64,000 nt of DNA from an uncultured Methanosarcinaceae archaeon (lineage in GTDB: Archaea > Halobacteriota > Methanosarcinia > Methanosarcinales > Methanosarcinaceae), in assembly GCA_963733675.1 (NCBI GenBank), contig CAVTET010000004.1:1-64000 (forward strand). Reading direction: 5' to 3'. The position numbers and the translations under genes are program-made. Numbering within the stretch: position 1 is the stretch's first letter; every line of letters starts with the position of its first letter. Shown here one piece after another: positions 32,945 through 44,623 of the stretch. The notes below the pieces were generated by a model, which worked only from the letters and a program-made list of their open reading frames with translations, did no database searches and had not been told where the DNA came from.

Positions 32945-33703
32945 TTATGGCTTATTTTTTTCAGAAGTATCATACTCAGGTTTTCCTTTTTCAGTCTCAC
33001 TTGCCTCCTTCTCAAGAAATTCTTCTTCTGTGAATTCCTCATTAGGACTACCCGCATAACCTACTGGCTGAATATTCTGAACTTCTGCAAATTGGCTTAC
33101 ACTATTGGCAATAAGTTGAGGGTATTTTTCGATCTGTTCTCTTGGAATGAAACCTTCTGCTTCTGAAGATTTTATGATCTTTTCTCTTGCATCTTTTGCT
33201 GCTTTGCTTAAGTCTTCAAGCTGCTGCCTGCTTGCAATATAACCTATTTCTTCAAGTGCCAGAGCCGTCCAGAGAGTTACAACCTCCATCCTATTTGTAA
33301 CAGCACCTGACCCTATGATCTCAAGAGTGTCAACAGCACTTTTTGCAGCATCGAGCATCTGAAATTGTGCCGCCCCTTTTCCTATTTCCTGTAAAGCTTT
33401 TGAAAAAGATAAGAGTGCAGTTGAAAATTTTTTCCCTAATGTAAGTTCAGCAAGTGTTTTAAGAGCTTTCACATCAACGGATGCAACATTCTCAAATTTT
33501 TTCTGGATAGCTTTGTTCCCTATATTCCGGAGTGAAATTATGACTCCCTTTAAGTCAGTCTCCAAATTTGCCCCGAGTAACTCTTCCCCGAATTCCCTAA
33601 GGTATTCAACAACTTGAAGCGCATCGTAATCATTTTGTTGTCTTATTGCTTTCTCTCCAGTTTGTCCAAGTTCGATAGCTTTCTGTTGATTCAGTGAGAA
33701 CAT
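32945..33703 (-). CDS. Hypothetical alpha-helical repeat protein with acidic tail
   Basis: 252-aa ORF with an RBS-like AAAGGGG; recurring LxxIGxxA motif. Confidence 0.7.
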   Translation of the reverse strand: MFSLNQQKAIELGQTGEKAIRQQNDYDALQVVEYLREFGEELLGANLETDLKGVIISLRNIGNKAIQKKFENVASVDVKALKTLAELTLGKKFSTALLSFSKALQEIGKGAAQFQMLDAAKSAVDTLEIIGSGAVTNRMEVVTLWTALALEEIGYIASRQQLEDLSKAAKDAREKIIKSSEAEGFIPREQIEKYPQLIANSVSQFAEVQNIQPVGYAGSPNEEFTEEEFLEKEASETEKGKPEYDTSEKNKP

Positions 33704-33989
33704 ATTAAAACCCCTTTACAGTAAAATTATATCAAAGATGCTTGAATTATGAGACAATAATTACTTATATAGTTTTGCTATGATATTAGTCTTACTGCTT
33801 TGTGAAAATTAATTGGTAACTGTCAATGACTGGAAATAATTCAGGAGGATTCCGATTTACCTTTAATTTTGCTCTTTGTGGGATTCCTGTCTAACTCTTT
33901 CTCGCTAATTTATGTTTTTGACCCGATTTTTTCTTTTCTGGGTTATCATTCTTTGATTTTGAATACAGCTCCCGCTATCCTAAAGATAC

Positions 33990-34915
33990 TCTTTTTATTT
34001 CCAACCTCGTAAAATAATAGACATTATGAAAAAAAGCTATACAAAATCTTCAGACTCACTCTTTGAACAGTAGTAACAAGAATTTTCTCTACTTTAAATA
34101 TCTTTTTAGTTACTACATAAACTCGTTCCACTTTAGCTTTTTTTGAGCTGATCCTCTGGTTTCTTAATATATCATCCATTCACTTAGGATGTACTTTTAA
34201 TGCTATTTTCATTGTTGAATTATAACTTTTGATTTTGTTTCAAAGTATCCTTTATCTCTGTAAACCACTTCATTTTTGTCTGATGAATTTACCTGAGAAT
34301 CATAAAGTGCTGATAGCGTTGTTTTGAATCTTCTGATCAACTCATGATCCCTGTCTATTATGCTATAAAATTTAAACCTAAAATGTAACTTACCACCCTT
34401 TTTTGTGTAGGTTTTAGCTCTTTACCTTTTTATTTTTGCCTCATTTTCCCGAGGTCTATCCTCTTTTGCATGTTCAGGATCTGAATAAATAAAAACGGCG
34501 TCCTAAATCATTCTCGTTTTTATTTTCAAACCAAGGCAATTAATTGGCTTTGCAACTGTCTCAATATTATATTTCCTTGCAGTTATCAATAATCTTATCT
34601 CTTAATGACCAAACTATGGTAATGTCTTGTATATACTCAGGAAAACCAATAAAATTGTTGAAAAAAATTCAATCAATAAATTAGTTCTCAAGTTCAAAGT
34701 CTGAAAGACCATGCAATTGCTGTAAAAAAGTATCTTAAATATAATGACTACTTCAGATTCAGGTCTGTCTCAGAAAATTATTTTGTTAAAATATATGAAC
34801 TTAAAAATGATACGAAAAGATTTTCAATCATTTAAGAAAATTAATTTTAGCAGTTTGTCTCTATGACTGAAGACCGTTATATTTTTCTTAAGACCAAAAG
34901 CAGTATAATTTCTTA
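33990..34915 (-). pseudogene. Heavily degraded IS5-family transposase
   Basis: Fragments QQLHGLSDFELE, YSDPEHAKEDRPR, KKGGKLHF, ELIRRFKTT, VYRDKGYF, ERVYVVTK with many stops and frameshifts. Confidence 0.75.
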
Positions 34916-34989
34916 TGAGTAAAAATTATTACGAAGAGATTTAAACTTTCCATTGCTCAAATGAATAGAAGTTTAATGAAAATTCTCTC

Positions 34990-35595
34990 ATCATTATCGG
35001 TGGATTAAAATTTCTCCGTTTCAATCATTGGAAAAATTTGAGAATTTGGAATACTGCTGAAAAAAAGTAAGTCTTTTTGATACAAGATTTAAGTTAACAA
35101 AACTTGAACATCAGTGAAATCGTCAAACAAACAGGTTTTGACAAAAAAACTGCATGAAAATACCTCCAGCTGAAAACCTCGCCAGAAACACAGAAAAGTT
35201 CCGGAAGAAAAAGCAAGTATAATCCTTTCAAGCTCACCTTTCTGAGAAATTTGATAAAATTATATATATTTCTTTTTGACTTTATAGAAAATCAAATAAA
35301 TTAGTCTTGGAGAGGAAAAACTACTTCAGAAAACTTCATAAAATGGGTTAGACCTATACAAAACGTCTCTGCCGTACTTCGCTATGAAACCAAAACAGGA
35401 AATTAAGGTATGTATTGACTGGATAAAGATGGCAGCAGTTTAAATGGACAAAAAGATAAAGAGATTTATTGCTTCAACATTATTCATAATTATTCAGGGG
35501 AATAGTTTGAATTTACACCGAGCATAGATACCTTCACTCTAATCAAATATCACTAGAATTCATTTGAGTACTTTGGAGGATATACACAGGACATC
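34990..35595 (+). pseudogene. istA: IS21-family left end and degraded istA
   Basis: NISEIVKQTGFDKKTA*KYL HTH, AVLRYETK, FEYFGG fragments. Confidence 0.7.
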
Positions 35596-36063
35596 AACAA
35601 AACCTTCAAAAACGATGACATTTCGTTTCTTGGGGAGAGTATTCTATTCCTTACAGATTTGAAGGAAGAATATCCGAAATTCAAATATTTGAAGAAAAAT
35701 CAGAGGTTTATTTAGATTACAATAACTTACGAAATATTAGATCTCCCAAGAAACGAGAGTTTCGAGAAAGAAGAAATATTTTCAGAATATACATAGTGAA
35801 GTTTATAAAAGAAAATTCAAATTCATGAAAAACTCACCGACACAATTGAAGTTATCAGGTAATGAATCTGAAAAGAGGCTTATTGCAGTCTATTAAACTA
35901 TTATTGACGGAGGTTTTGGATACGACATTTTGCAGATGTGCACATATATAAAATTTATTTACCTGTTTGGCCATTATTCCTCATTGAAAGTTAGAGTAAT
36001 ATTTAAGCTACTGTTATATTGAGAAAATAAATGATATTTTTGTGCACATCTGCGAATGTAGGG

Positions 36064-36666
36064 TTAAACAGCAGTTTGTGTTTTTTTGTAATTTCTGGAG
36101 ATCTTCAGGAAATTTTCAATTATTTTCAATCCCTCTGGAGTAAGTACGGATTCTGGATGGAACTGCAAGCCATAGATAGGATACTGCACATGTTCGACTG
36201 CCATGATACTCCCGTCTTCCGCACGCGCAGTAACCTTAATTCCAGGTGCAGGTTCGCCGATCTCAAGGGAGTGATAACGGCCTGCCTCAAATTGGTCTCG
36301 GAGGGCTGTAAACAATGCAGATTCGGTATGAAGAATCTTTGAACTTTTACCATGCACCGGTCCGACTTTACTCCTTCTTACCAACCCACCGAAAGCCACG
36401 TTAATTGCCTGGTGCCCTAGGCAGACTCCAAGAAGAGGAATTTCTCGACCCATTTCTCTGATTATTTCCAGGCAATTGCCTATATCCTTTGGGTCAGAAG
36501 GACTTCCAGGTCCTGGAGAAATGACCAAAGCATCAGGTTTTATCTCCCTTAGTTCATCTAAGGAAACCGTGTTAGGAAGGACCAGTGTATCTTTTTCAAA
36601 GTAAGAAATGTAGTCTACGAGGTTCCATACAAAGGAATCCTTGTTATTTATGAAAACAACCTTCAA
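36064..36666 (-). CDS. trpG: Anthranilate synthase component II
   Basis: DSFVWNL, SPGPGSP, GVCLGHQ, RYHSL, QFHPES. Confidence 0.95.
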   Translation of the reverse strand: MKVVFINNKDSFVWNLVDYISYFEKDTLVLPNTVSLDELREIKPDALVISPGPGSPSDPKDIGNCLEIIREMGREIPLLGVCLGHQAINVAFGGLVRRSKVGPVHGKSSKILHTESALFTALRDQFEAGRYHSLEIGEPAPGIKVTARAEDGSIMAVEHVQYPIYGLQFHPESVLTPEGLKIIENFLKISRNYKKTQTAV

Positions 36667-37026
36667 CTTAAAATGCCTCCTAATCTTATTTATTTACAAA
36701 CCCAAATTAAGTAGAATCATAAACTTGATTACGCATGGATGGGCTTTATGCTTCTGTTTTTCCTACACAATTAAAAGTTAGATCTTATGTTCTTTGACTT
36801 CAACATTTTTTACTTGATACATTCTATTGATAAATACGTTTTTTGTAATAATAATACTGTGTCAGTTGGCAGAATTAATCTAATTTGGGTTACGAATCAT
36901 TTCCTCTGATTTTGTTCTTGTCTTGTCTTTTTTTTGAATTCTTTTATCTGAACTTATCTTCTCTAAAATGCTCCTATCTAAAAATTAATTAATACATCAC
37001 ATCCCAGGTTTATTGACTATAATACC

Positions 37027-38682
37027 TCAAAGTTCTCCGGTAATAGCCGCCAACATTGCTGCCATCTTTCGTTCAGTTTCCATAAATTCGTATCCTGGAT
37101 CTGAATCTGCTACAATTCCTGCCCCTGCCTGCACTGAAGCTTTTTTGCCTTGTAAAACCACGGTACGGATCACAATTGCAAAATCTGCATCTCCGTTCCA
37201 ACTGTAATATCCAACTCCACCACCGTAAATTCCCCTTGGAGTGGGTTCAAGTTCGGAAATAATCTCCATGGCACGAATTTTCGGAGCTCCAGAAAGAGTT
37301 CCTGCCGGAAATACTGCCCTGAAAGCGTCGAACTGATCACATTCTGGCCTTAAGGTTCCTGAAACTGTGCTTTCTATGTGCTGGACATGGGAATACTTCA
37401 AGACTTCCATGAATCCTGAAACCCTCACTGACCCACTTTCAGCAACCATTCGTACATCATTTCTCCCTAGGTCGACAAGCATTACATGTTCAGCCCTTTC
37501 CTTTTCATCATTTAGCATATGAGAAGCCAAGGTACCATCCTCTGCATCGGATTTCCCACGCGGACAAGTGCCTGCAATTGGATTTGTGATTACCATCCTT
37601 TTATGTACAGTCAGTAAAGTTTCAGGACTTGCACCGACAATTGCCAGTTCTCCAAACTCGAATATGTACATGTAAGGACTCGGATTTATTTTTCGAAGCT
37701 GAATATAGAGTTCAAAAGGAGACTTTTCAAGGTTGAATTCACATTTCCTGGAAAGAACTACCTGGAAGATATCCCCTACAAAAATGTGCTCTTTTGCCTG
37801 AAGTACAGAAATCTCGAACTTTCTTCGATCAGTATCACAGACAGGAGCAAGTGAGCCTAAAGCTGTTGATACAACCGGAACTATTGTTTCGATTGACTCC
37901 CCATACTGGGCAGCTTCCTTGAGTGTGAAGCTAAGTCTTTCTGCCTCCATAAGTGCCTGTTTATAAATATCTCCGGTATCTGAATCCGGATTTACTAAAG
38001 GAGTTACTACTATGTAGATCTCATCAGTCAGATGATCGAACACAAAAGTTTTTGAGACTAATAAGTACTGAAGTTCAGGAATCTCGGACTTAAAGCCTTT
38101 TTCAACCCCAAGCCAGCTTTCGTAAATTGCATCATAAGCTGTATAACCGATAGCTCCACCCAGGAAAGTATGCCTATCAAAACGTTTCGCATTTAAGAGT
38201 TCAATTCCATTTGCAGTAGGAAAAGCCAGGCGAAGTGCATCGAATGCATCTTTCCCTTTGGGAATTGAAGCCATAAACTTTTCTTTATTCAGTTCTGCAG
38301 CATCTCTCCCCTGATTCTCTGTTCTCATGGTTTCAGGGCCGCAGCTACTCTCTATTTTCGATCGGATGATTTCAAAAAAAGCGGAAGCTTTTGGGTTTAA
38401 GAGTTCAATTGAAATTTTTTGATCACTTATTTTAAGCACTGCGTCAGGGTCGTTTCCAACAAATGAGTATCTTGCCTTGATTGCTTGTTTTTCCACGGAT
38501 TCCAGCAGATAAGAGTATCCTGAAGTCCCTGAAGCTCGCAGGGTGCTGTAAAGATCTAGAGGAGAGCAGGTCATAGAGCCTGTATCAACTCTTGCAAGTA
38601 GTTGGATAAGGCAGGGTTGCTTTATCCCTGAAACGAGATTTTCGAATTCTTCTTTTCCAAGATCAAAGGAAAGCATTAGCAC
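37027..38682 (-). CDS. trpE: Anthranilate synthase component I
   Basis: LLES, NPSPYMY, KERAEHVMLVDLGRND, FPAGTLSGAPK. Confidence 0.96.
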   Translation of the reverse strand: MLMLSFDLGKEEFENLVSGIKQPCLIQLLARVDTGSMTCSPLDLYSTLRASGTSGYSYLLESVEKQAIKARYSFVGNDPDAVLKISDQKISIELLNPKASAFFEIIRSKIESSCGPETMRTENQGRDAAELNKEKFMASIPKGKDAFDALRLAFPTANGIELLNAKRFDRHTFLGGAIGYTAYDAIYESWLGVEKGFKSEIPELQYLLVSKTFVFDHLTDEIYIVVTPLVNPDSDTGDIYKQALMEAERLSFTLKEAAQYGESIETIVPVVSTALGSLAPVCDTDRRKFEISVLQAKEHIFVGDIFQVVLSRKCEFNLEKSPFELYIQLRKINPSPYMYIFEFGELAIVGASPETLLTVHKRMVITNPIAGTCPRGKSDAEDGTLASHMLNDEKERAEHVMLVDLGRNDVRMVAESGSVRVSGFMEVLKYSHVQHIESTVSGTLRPECDQFDAFRAVFPAGTLSGAPKIRAMEIISELEPTPRGIYGGGVGYYSWNGDADFAIVIRTVVLQGKKASVQAGAGIVADSDPGYEFMETERKMAAMLAAITGEL

Positions 38683-39379
38683 ACCTCACTTCTTCAATAA
38701 AGCTTTTGATTTTCAGAGAATCTTTTTTCCCGAAGACCTCTACCCCTGAGGCCGTGTCTACAGCATAAGGGGAAACAGCCTTTATAGCTTCCTGTACATT
38801 TTCAGGCTTTAGCCCTCCTGCAAGGATAATAGGAAGCCTGGTTTCGTCAGCAATTCTCCTGCTCAGGGTCCAGTCGTGCACACAACCAGTTCCACCGGAT
38901 TTTCCTGACTTTTCTGTATCGAGGAGGATGGAATCTACAACCGCTGTTTCTTCCAGCAGGCTGACTTGCTCTAGAAGATCAAAAACAAAGGTAGAATTCT
39001 CTAATTTTTCTAATGAAATCTCATCATGTGCGGCTACGTAAAGAGTCTTTATGATGGGAATGTCGATATTTTCCTTTATTAATTCAAGTTCGGAAAGTGG
39101 AAGCTTGGAATGAATTTGCACAATATCGGGTCTTACTTTTTCGATAAGTTCCAGACACCTAGCTGAATTTTCTGGCATAATAACAAGCACTGAATCTAGG
39201 CACCTTGGAACTTCAGAAACGAGGAAATTAGCAGTGCTGTAATCAAGATTTCTTGGGCTTTCAACAGGAACTTCCGTTATAAAGCCAACTGCATCAGCTC
39301 CATAACGAGCTGCGAGCTCTATTTCCTCTGGGGTACGGATTCCACAGATTTTTATCCTGGTTTTTGGTTTCGTTTTCAT
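38663..39379 (-). CDS. trpF: Phosphoribosylanthranilate isomerase
   Basis: IKICGI, GGTG, LAGGL, VDTASGVE. Confidence 0.95.
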   Translation of the reverse strand: MKTKPKTRIKICGIRTPEEIELAARYGADAVGFITEVPVESPRNLDYSTANFLVSEVPRCLDSVLVIMPENSARCLELIEKVRPDIVQIHSKLPLSELELIKENIDIPIIKTLYVAAHDEISLEKLENSTFVFDLLEQVSLLEETAVVDSILLDTEKSGKSGGTGCVHDWTLSRRIADETRLPIILAGGLKPENVQEAIKAVSPYAVDTASGVEVFGKKDSLKIKSFIEEVRCANAFL

Positions 39380-40476
39380 ACTTTTTTCCCCGAATTCTGG
39401 CTTGATATGGAAATGATGGGAGATGCAAAACTTTTTTCCCCCTGGGAAGTACCTTCAAAATTTTGTCTGTAAAGCCCGGGTATAAAAGTCCTGAATTGAT
39501 TGAACTTGACCATAACCTTCCCACTGTCAATAGCATCTTCAGCAATAGGAATTGCTTGCCTGATTGAACCTACTATTCCACTCACATAAAGAGCAGCAGC
39601 TGCATTAATGACTACCAGATCCCTTTTCGGACCTTTCTGCCCCTTGAAGATGCCCAATAGATCCCTGGCATTTTCTTGAGGGGACCCACCGATAATATCT
39701 CCTGGACTTGCTTTTAGAATACCAAGAGACTCTGGGGTTAGAGTATAAGTTGAAACAATACCGTTTTTTAATTCCGCAACAAATGTCTCACCTATGTTTG
39801 AGATCTCGTCCATCCCATCTCCATGCACTACCAGCGCCTGCTCAATTCCAAGTTCTGCAAGAGCATATGCTATCGGTTCGCATAGTCTTTTATCAAAAAC
39901 TCCTATTACCTGGCCTTTAACGCCTGCAGGATTTGTCAAAGGCCCAAGGATATTGAAGACCGTACGGACCCCAAGTTTTTTTCTGATTCCAGCAACTCGC
40001 TTCATTGTAGGGTGGAAGACTGGAGCAAACATGAACCCTATACCTATTTCTTCTATTGCCCTTCTGACATGTTCCGGAGCCTGGTAAACCATGATACCCA
40101 GGGCTTCAAGCACGTCCGAACTTCCTGACATTGATGAAACAGCCCGGTTTCCGTGTTTAGCTATCGGAACACCTGCTGCCGCGGTCACGATTGCTGCCGC
40201 TGTTGACACATTGATAGTATTAAGACCATCTCCCCCAGTCCCGCAAGTATCCACAAGCCTGAAAGTTACTCTGGGTTTGATTGTATGAGCTGCTTTCTTC
40301 ATGCCCCTCACAAAACCTGTGATTTCTTCGGATTTTTCACCTTTTGCCTTCAAAGCAAGCAGAAATTCTCCAATCTCGTCATCCTTAGCCGTACTTAGAA
40401 TTAATCCTATTGCATTTTCAGCTTCTTCAGAACTTAGATCACGTCCTTCGTTCAATTTTTTTATGTATCTTTCCAT
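39376..40476 (-). CDS. trpD: Anthranilate phosphoribosyltransferase
   Basis: DTCGTGGDG, KHGNR, FNILGPLTNP, GMDE. Confidence 0.96.
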   Translation of the reverse strand: MERYIKKLNEGRDLSSEEAENAIGLILSTAKDDEIGEFLLALKAKGEKSEEITGFVRGMKKAAHTIKPRVTFRLVDTCGTGGDGLNTINVSTAAAIVTAAAGVPIAKHGNRAVSSMSGSSDVLEALGIMVYQAPEHVRRAIEEIGIGFMFAPVFHPTMKRVAGIRKKLGVRTVFNILGPLTNPAGVKGQVIGVFDKRLCEPIAYALAELGIEQALVVHGDGMDEISNIGETFVAELKNGIVSTYTLTPESLGILKASPGDIIGGSPQENARDLLGIFKGQKGPKRDLVVINAAAALYVSGIVGSIRQAIPIAEDAIDSGKVMVKFNQFRTFIPGLYRQNFEGTSQGEKSFASPIISISSQNSGKKV

Positions 40477-40580
40477 TTTCCCGCCACCTTTAGAAACCCA
40501 TATTCACCTTCTCTAGTTTTTTCCAAATATATTCGCTTTTATGAATTTTCTTATTTTTCTGTATTTCACCTTTTTCAGCT

Positions 40581-41372
40581 TTAGCTGGCATTCAGTATAC
40601 TATATTTGAGATCTCTTGCAAGAGATTCCAGCTTTTCATTCACATTTTGTCCTTCTTCGATAATCCTAACAAAAGCCGAGCCGACTATGACAGCATCTGC
40701 TCCTGCTTTTATAACTTCATTAGCCTGCCTTCCCGTGGATATCCCGAATCCCACCGCTTTTGGAAGTTCTGTTTCTACTCTAGAAAGTAATTCATTAGTA
40801 GAAGATGAAACATCTTCCCTGGTTCCTGTGACTCCAAGCCTTGAGACAAGGTACAGGAAACCAGAGCCTCTTTCCAGAATCTTCCCAACTCTTTCATCAG
40901 TTGTCGTGGGAGCAATCAAAAAAATTAGGTCAAGACCATTCTTTTCACAACTATTCTTCAGATCAGCTGTCTCTTCTACCGGAATATCTGGTATGATCAA
41001 GCCGCTAATCCCAGAGTCTGCGGCTCGTTCTATAAATTTTACTACCCCGTACCTGAACACAGGGTTGTAGTAGGTCATGCACACAAGAGGAACCGTAACA
41101 TCAAGATCTTTGATAAGATTAAAATAGCGCTGGATGCTCATGCCTGCTGCAAGCGCTCTTTGACCTGCTGCCTGGATGGTTAAGCCGTCGGCTACAGGAT
41201 CCGAAAAAGGAAAACCAATTTCTATGATATCTGCGCCTCCATTTACCAGGGCTTTTACAATCTCACCGGTTGCCTCCACAGAAGGATCTCCTGCCATTAC
41301 ATAGCAGATTAAACCTCCTTCCTTTCTTTCCCTGAGCTCGCCGAATTTTTCTGAGATCGTTTGCCTTCTCAT
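40581..41372 (-). CDS. trpA: Tryptophan synthase alpha chain
   Basis: PFSDPVADG, GVTG, GFGIS, IVGSA. Confidence 0.96.
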   Translation of the reverse strand: MRRQTISEKFGELRERKEGGLICYVMAGDPSVEATGEIVKALVNGGADIIEIGFPFSDPVADGLTIQAAGQRALAAGMSIQRYFNLIKDLDVTVPLVCMTYYNPVFRYGVVKFIERAADSGISGLIIPDIPVEETADLKNSCEKNGLDLIFLIAPTTTDERVGKILERGSGFLYLVSRLGVTGTREDVSSSTNELLSRVETELPKAVGFGISTGRQANEVIKAGADAVIVGSAFVRIIEEGQNVNEKLESLARDLKYSILNAS

Positions 41373-41373
41373 T

Positions 41374-42642
41374 TTAGATTCCTCTCTTCAAGTTCAGGAC
41401 GGTTTCCAGATCTTTGTCCCCTCTTCCGGAAAGATTTACAACCACAATATCCCCTAATTCTCCGTTTTCCGTCGCCTTTTTCAGGTAAGCAAGAGCGTGA
41501 GAAGATTCCAGAGCAGGAATGATTCCTTCAAGCCGGCTCAGTTCATGAAAAGCCTCAACTGCTTCATCATCAGTAGCGTAAAGGGCTGTAACCCGATGGG
41601 TTTCAGATAGGTAGGCTAGTTCAGGCCCAACCCCTGAATAGTCCAGTCCGGCAGAAACAGATTCTGATTCAAGGATCTGTCCATTTTTATCTTGTAGCAC
41701 CTTTGTTAGAGCTCCATGTAGGATTCCTTCTTCTCCAGCACAGAGGCAGGCCGAGTGAAAGGCTGCTTTTTCTGTACATTTCAAGCCTTTTCCTCCGGCT
41801 TCAACGGCAATGAGTTTAACCTCTTTATCGTCGACAAAGGGATGGAAAATTCCCATTGCGTTGCTTCCGCCACCAGCGCAAGCAATAATTGAATCAGGCA
41901 TACGTCCTTCCTTTTCCAGTATTTGTTCCTTCACCTCGCGTCCAATAACGCTTTGAAAATCCCTTACTATCATAGGATAGGGATAAGGCCCCACAACCGA
42001 ACCTATTAGGTAATGAGTATTGACTATATTTGTGACCCAGTCCCTGAATGCCTCATTGATCGCGTCCTTGAGAGTCTTTGAGCCTGTATATATGGCTTTT
42101 ACCTCAGTGCCCATGAGTTTCATTCGATATGCATTCATCTGTTGACGTTTGACATCTTTAGCACCCATGTATACAATAGTTTCAAACCCAAGGTTTGCCC
42201 CTACCATGGCAGTTGCAGTTCCATGCTGGCCTGCACCGGTTTCTGCGATCAGCCTGGTCTTACCCATATATTTTGCGAGCAAGGCCTGTCCAATGGCATT
42301 GTTTAACTTATGAGCCCCTCCGTGAACCAAATCTTCGCGCTTTAGATAGATTTTTGACCCGTATTTTTTGCTCAGGTTTCGGGCAAAATAAAGGGGTGTT
42401 TTCCTACCTGCAAAGTCTCGCAGATAATGATCAAGCTCTGCAATAAATTTGATGTCATTTTTGTACCGTTCGTATCCCTTTTCAAGTTCCTCTAGTGCCG
42501 GCATGAGGACTTCAGGTACGTACTGTCCCCCGTATTTGCCATATTTTCCTCTAACCTGGGTTGTATTGCCGGTTTTCGAACTTGCAAGTTCATTTGAGTA
42601 AGAACCCCTTGTATGCGATTCTGAAACGTTAGTTTCTGCCAA
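41374..42642 (-). CDS. trpB: Tryptophan synthase beta chain
   Basis: [32 protein letters not shown]. Confidence 0.97.
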   Translation of the reverse strand: MAETNVSESHTRGSYSNELASSKTGNTTQVRGKYGKYGGQYVPEVLMPALEELEKGYERYKNDIKFIAELDHYLRDFAGRKTPLYFARNLSKKYGSKIYLKREDLVHGGAHKLNNAIGQALLAKYMGKTRLIAETGAGQHGTATAMVGANLGFETIVYMGAKDVKRQQMNAYRMKLMGTEVKAIYTGSKTLKDAINEAFRDWVTNIVNTHYLIGSVVGPYPYPMIVRDFQSVIGREVKEQILEKEGRMPDSIIACAGGGSNAMGIFHPFVDDKEVKLIAVEAGGKGLKCTEKAAFHSACLCAGEEGILHGALTKVLQDKNGQILESESVSAGLDYSGVGPELAYLSETHRVTALYATDDEAVEAFHELSRLEGIIPALESSHALAYLKKATENGELGDIVVVNLSGRGDKDLETVLNLKRGI

Positions 42643-42844
42643 TTCAACTACCTCTTGTCTATAAGTGTATTAAATATAGCTTGATTTATGATCTCTTGAC
42701 TTCTGGTATCAAAATTTCTGTTATCTTAATTTCTTGTAATGTGATTGTATGATATTTATGAAGCAGAATTCAATTTTAAAGTGGAGGCGAATTTTTCAAT
42801 CTTGATTCCACCAAGAGGCAGATTTCAGAAAATTAACAAAACAG

Positions 42845-43657
42845 TTATTCACGCCAGCAAAGACTCTGAACTAATTCTTCAGTTGTTTCAAAAACAGAGT
42901 CGCTTTCCATAATCGCAGACCCTATCAATACAGCATCTGCTCCAACCTGGATAACTCTCCTAATATCTTCTGCGTTATTCATCCCGCTCTCACTTATAAT
43001 GAGATGTCTGGTCCCATGGTTAACGTCGTACTCTCGGATGAGGGGGGCAAGCTCTTCTGTAGTAGCTAAATCGATTTTAAGTGTCTCAAGACTTCGGTTG
43101 TTAATCCCAATAATCCTTGTGATGGTTTTCAGTGCAAGCTCAAGCTCGGCTCTGTTATGAACTTCAACCAGCGGTTCAAATCCCTTTTGAAGAGTAAGTT
43201 CGACAAAGGTCAGTAGCTCTTTCCCAAGGATACCTGCAATTAGGAGCACCAGATCGCTCTCTACTTCCTCAAGCTGCCTTCTGTCAATAATAAAATCCTT
43301 CCTAAGGACAGGCAAGAATATATTTTCTCTCACTGCATTCAAATTTTCAAGTGAGCCCCGAAAAACTCCTGGCTCTGTTAAAACCGAAATTGCAACAGCT
43401 CCAGCCTGTTCCATCTCCCGTGCAAGCCTTACAGCTGTTGCAGGCAAAATATCTCTGAAAACTTTACCCGGAGATGCAGGTTTGATCTCCGCAATTACTG
43501 GTATTAACCCTTCAGCCTTTGCACTTTCAACCGCAGAGAGGAAATTCCTTTTCTCAAATTGTATTCCAATATATTCAGAGCATTTATGCGGTCCTAAAGC
43601 CTGAAGGCGTGTTTTTGTTGTGGTTAGGATGTGGAGGATAGTGGCGTGCATTAACAA
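42845..43657 (-). CDS. trpC: Indole-3-glycerol phosphate synthase
   Basis: IAEIKPASP, SVLTEP, LRKDFI, GINNR, SESG. Confidence 0.96.
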   Translation of the reverse strand: MLMHATILHILTTTKTRLQALGPHKCSEYIGIQFEKRNFLSAVESAKAEGLIPVIAEIKPASPGKVFRDILPATAVRLAREMEQAGAVAISVLTEPGVFRGSLENLNAVRENIFLPVLRKDFIIDRRQLEEVESDLVLLIAGILGKELLTFVELTLQKGFEPLVEVHNRAELELALKTITRIIGINNRSLETLKIDLATTEELAPLIREYDVNHGTRHLIISESGMNNAEDIRRVIQVGADAVLIGSAIMESDSVFETTEELVQSLCWRE

Positions 43658-43664
43658 TCACTGA

Positions 43665-43690
43665 TGTATATTTAAGTACAATGATGCATA
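43665..43690. promoter_or_regulatory. Putative TRP-box-like operator (TGTATA-N4-AGTACA-N4-TGCATA) upstream of trpC
   Basis: Three TGTACA-like hexamers at 10-bp period between a TATA-like element and the trpC start. Confidence 0.45.
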
Positions 43691-43779
43691 ATACAGCACT
43701 TCTTATAAATAGGTTTTGGATCAAACAGCATTTCCGAATAAAAATAAATAACATGTAGCCTTTAAGGATAATGATATTA

Positions 43780-43806
43780 ATGGTAATAGGATTTACAATG
43801 ATAAAT
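43780..43806 (+). pseudogene. Detached 5' end (MVIGFTMIN) of the Lrp/AsnC gene whose body lies at 55726-55938
   Basis: ATG GTA ATA GGA TTT ACA ATG ATA AAT joins the distal ORF in frame through the shared 12-bp core. Confidence 0.8.
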
Positions 43807-43930
43807 ATGTATATGGAGTCTGGTAGGTTACGCCAGCTGAATTAGCAGCAAGAGTATACGTCAATCCAAGCGATACACTATCACCGATTTTCTGTTGAAT
43901 TTCAGGAGTTAATTTAGTAGGTCTTGCCAT
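43793..43930 (-). pseudogene. Truncated HTH protein resembling terminase-small-subunit-like N-termini (MARPTKLTPEIQQKIG...AGVTYQT)
   Basis: 45-aa ORF with a GGTG RBS; runs into attL. Confidence 0.5.
43795..43806 (+). repeat. attL core ACAATGATAAAT
   Basis: Identical to 55723-55734. Confidence 0.8.
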
Positions 43931-44623
43931 TGATAACACCGTTTTTTACTATTTAAAATAAATATCAATTAATGTTGTATTTATATTTTCTTAGTTCCCT
44001 TTGACACAACGACGGGGTTTATGTGCATAAAATCAAAAATGAGCTATTCTAGAGCGTTTAGACCAAATTAAATGCCCACAATTTTGTTGACAGACGACGG
44101 TGGGTGACCACGAGATATATTTCATATACGTTTTATTACTCTTAAAGTATAGAACTTATGTTATACTTATTCGTATTTGGTCTTTAGATAGGAAATGCAC
44201 TTTTAGATATAGTTGGGTTAAAAAATAAAGCGTAGACTTTATGGGAGAACTGATTTGGGCTGAGTTTTGGATATATAGTTTAGCGACCGTGGTGCATATA
44301 ACAGAGATACTATAGTATAATCTTGATCCTGACAGAGCCCCTGAAAGGATTACGACTGTTTCAGTGTACTGTTTAGCTTTGGCAGTTTGTTCGGTTGCGG
44401 TGGTTTTTGTGATCTATGTTTATCTGGAATTAATTAAAAAATAGTAAATAGCGAATTTATTTGATATTTATTTGATGATTTTCGCTAATTTAAGGAATTT
44501 TATTTGAATTATTTGATTCATTTCAGTAGTTTTTGTCACTTTTATTTAATAATTGAATTGATCTTAGGATTTATTCGTCAATTTATGACTAACATCGGAG
44601 ACGTCAAAAACGTTTATATTCCG

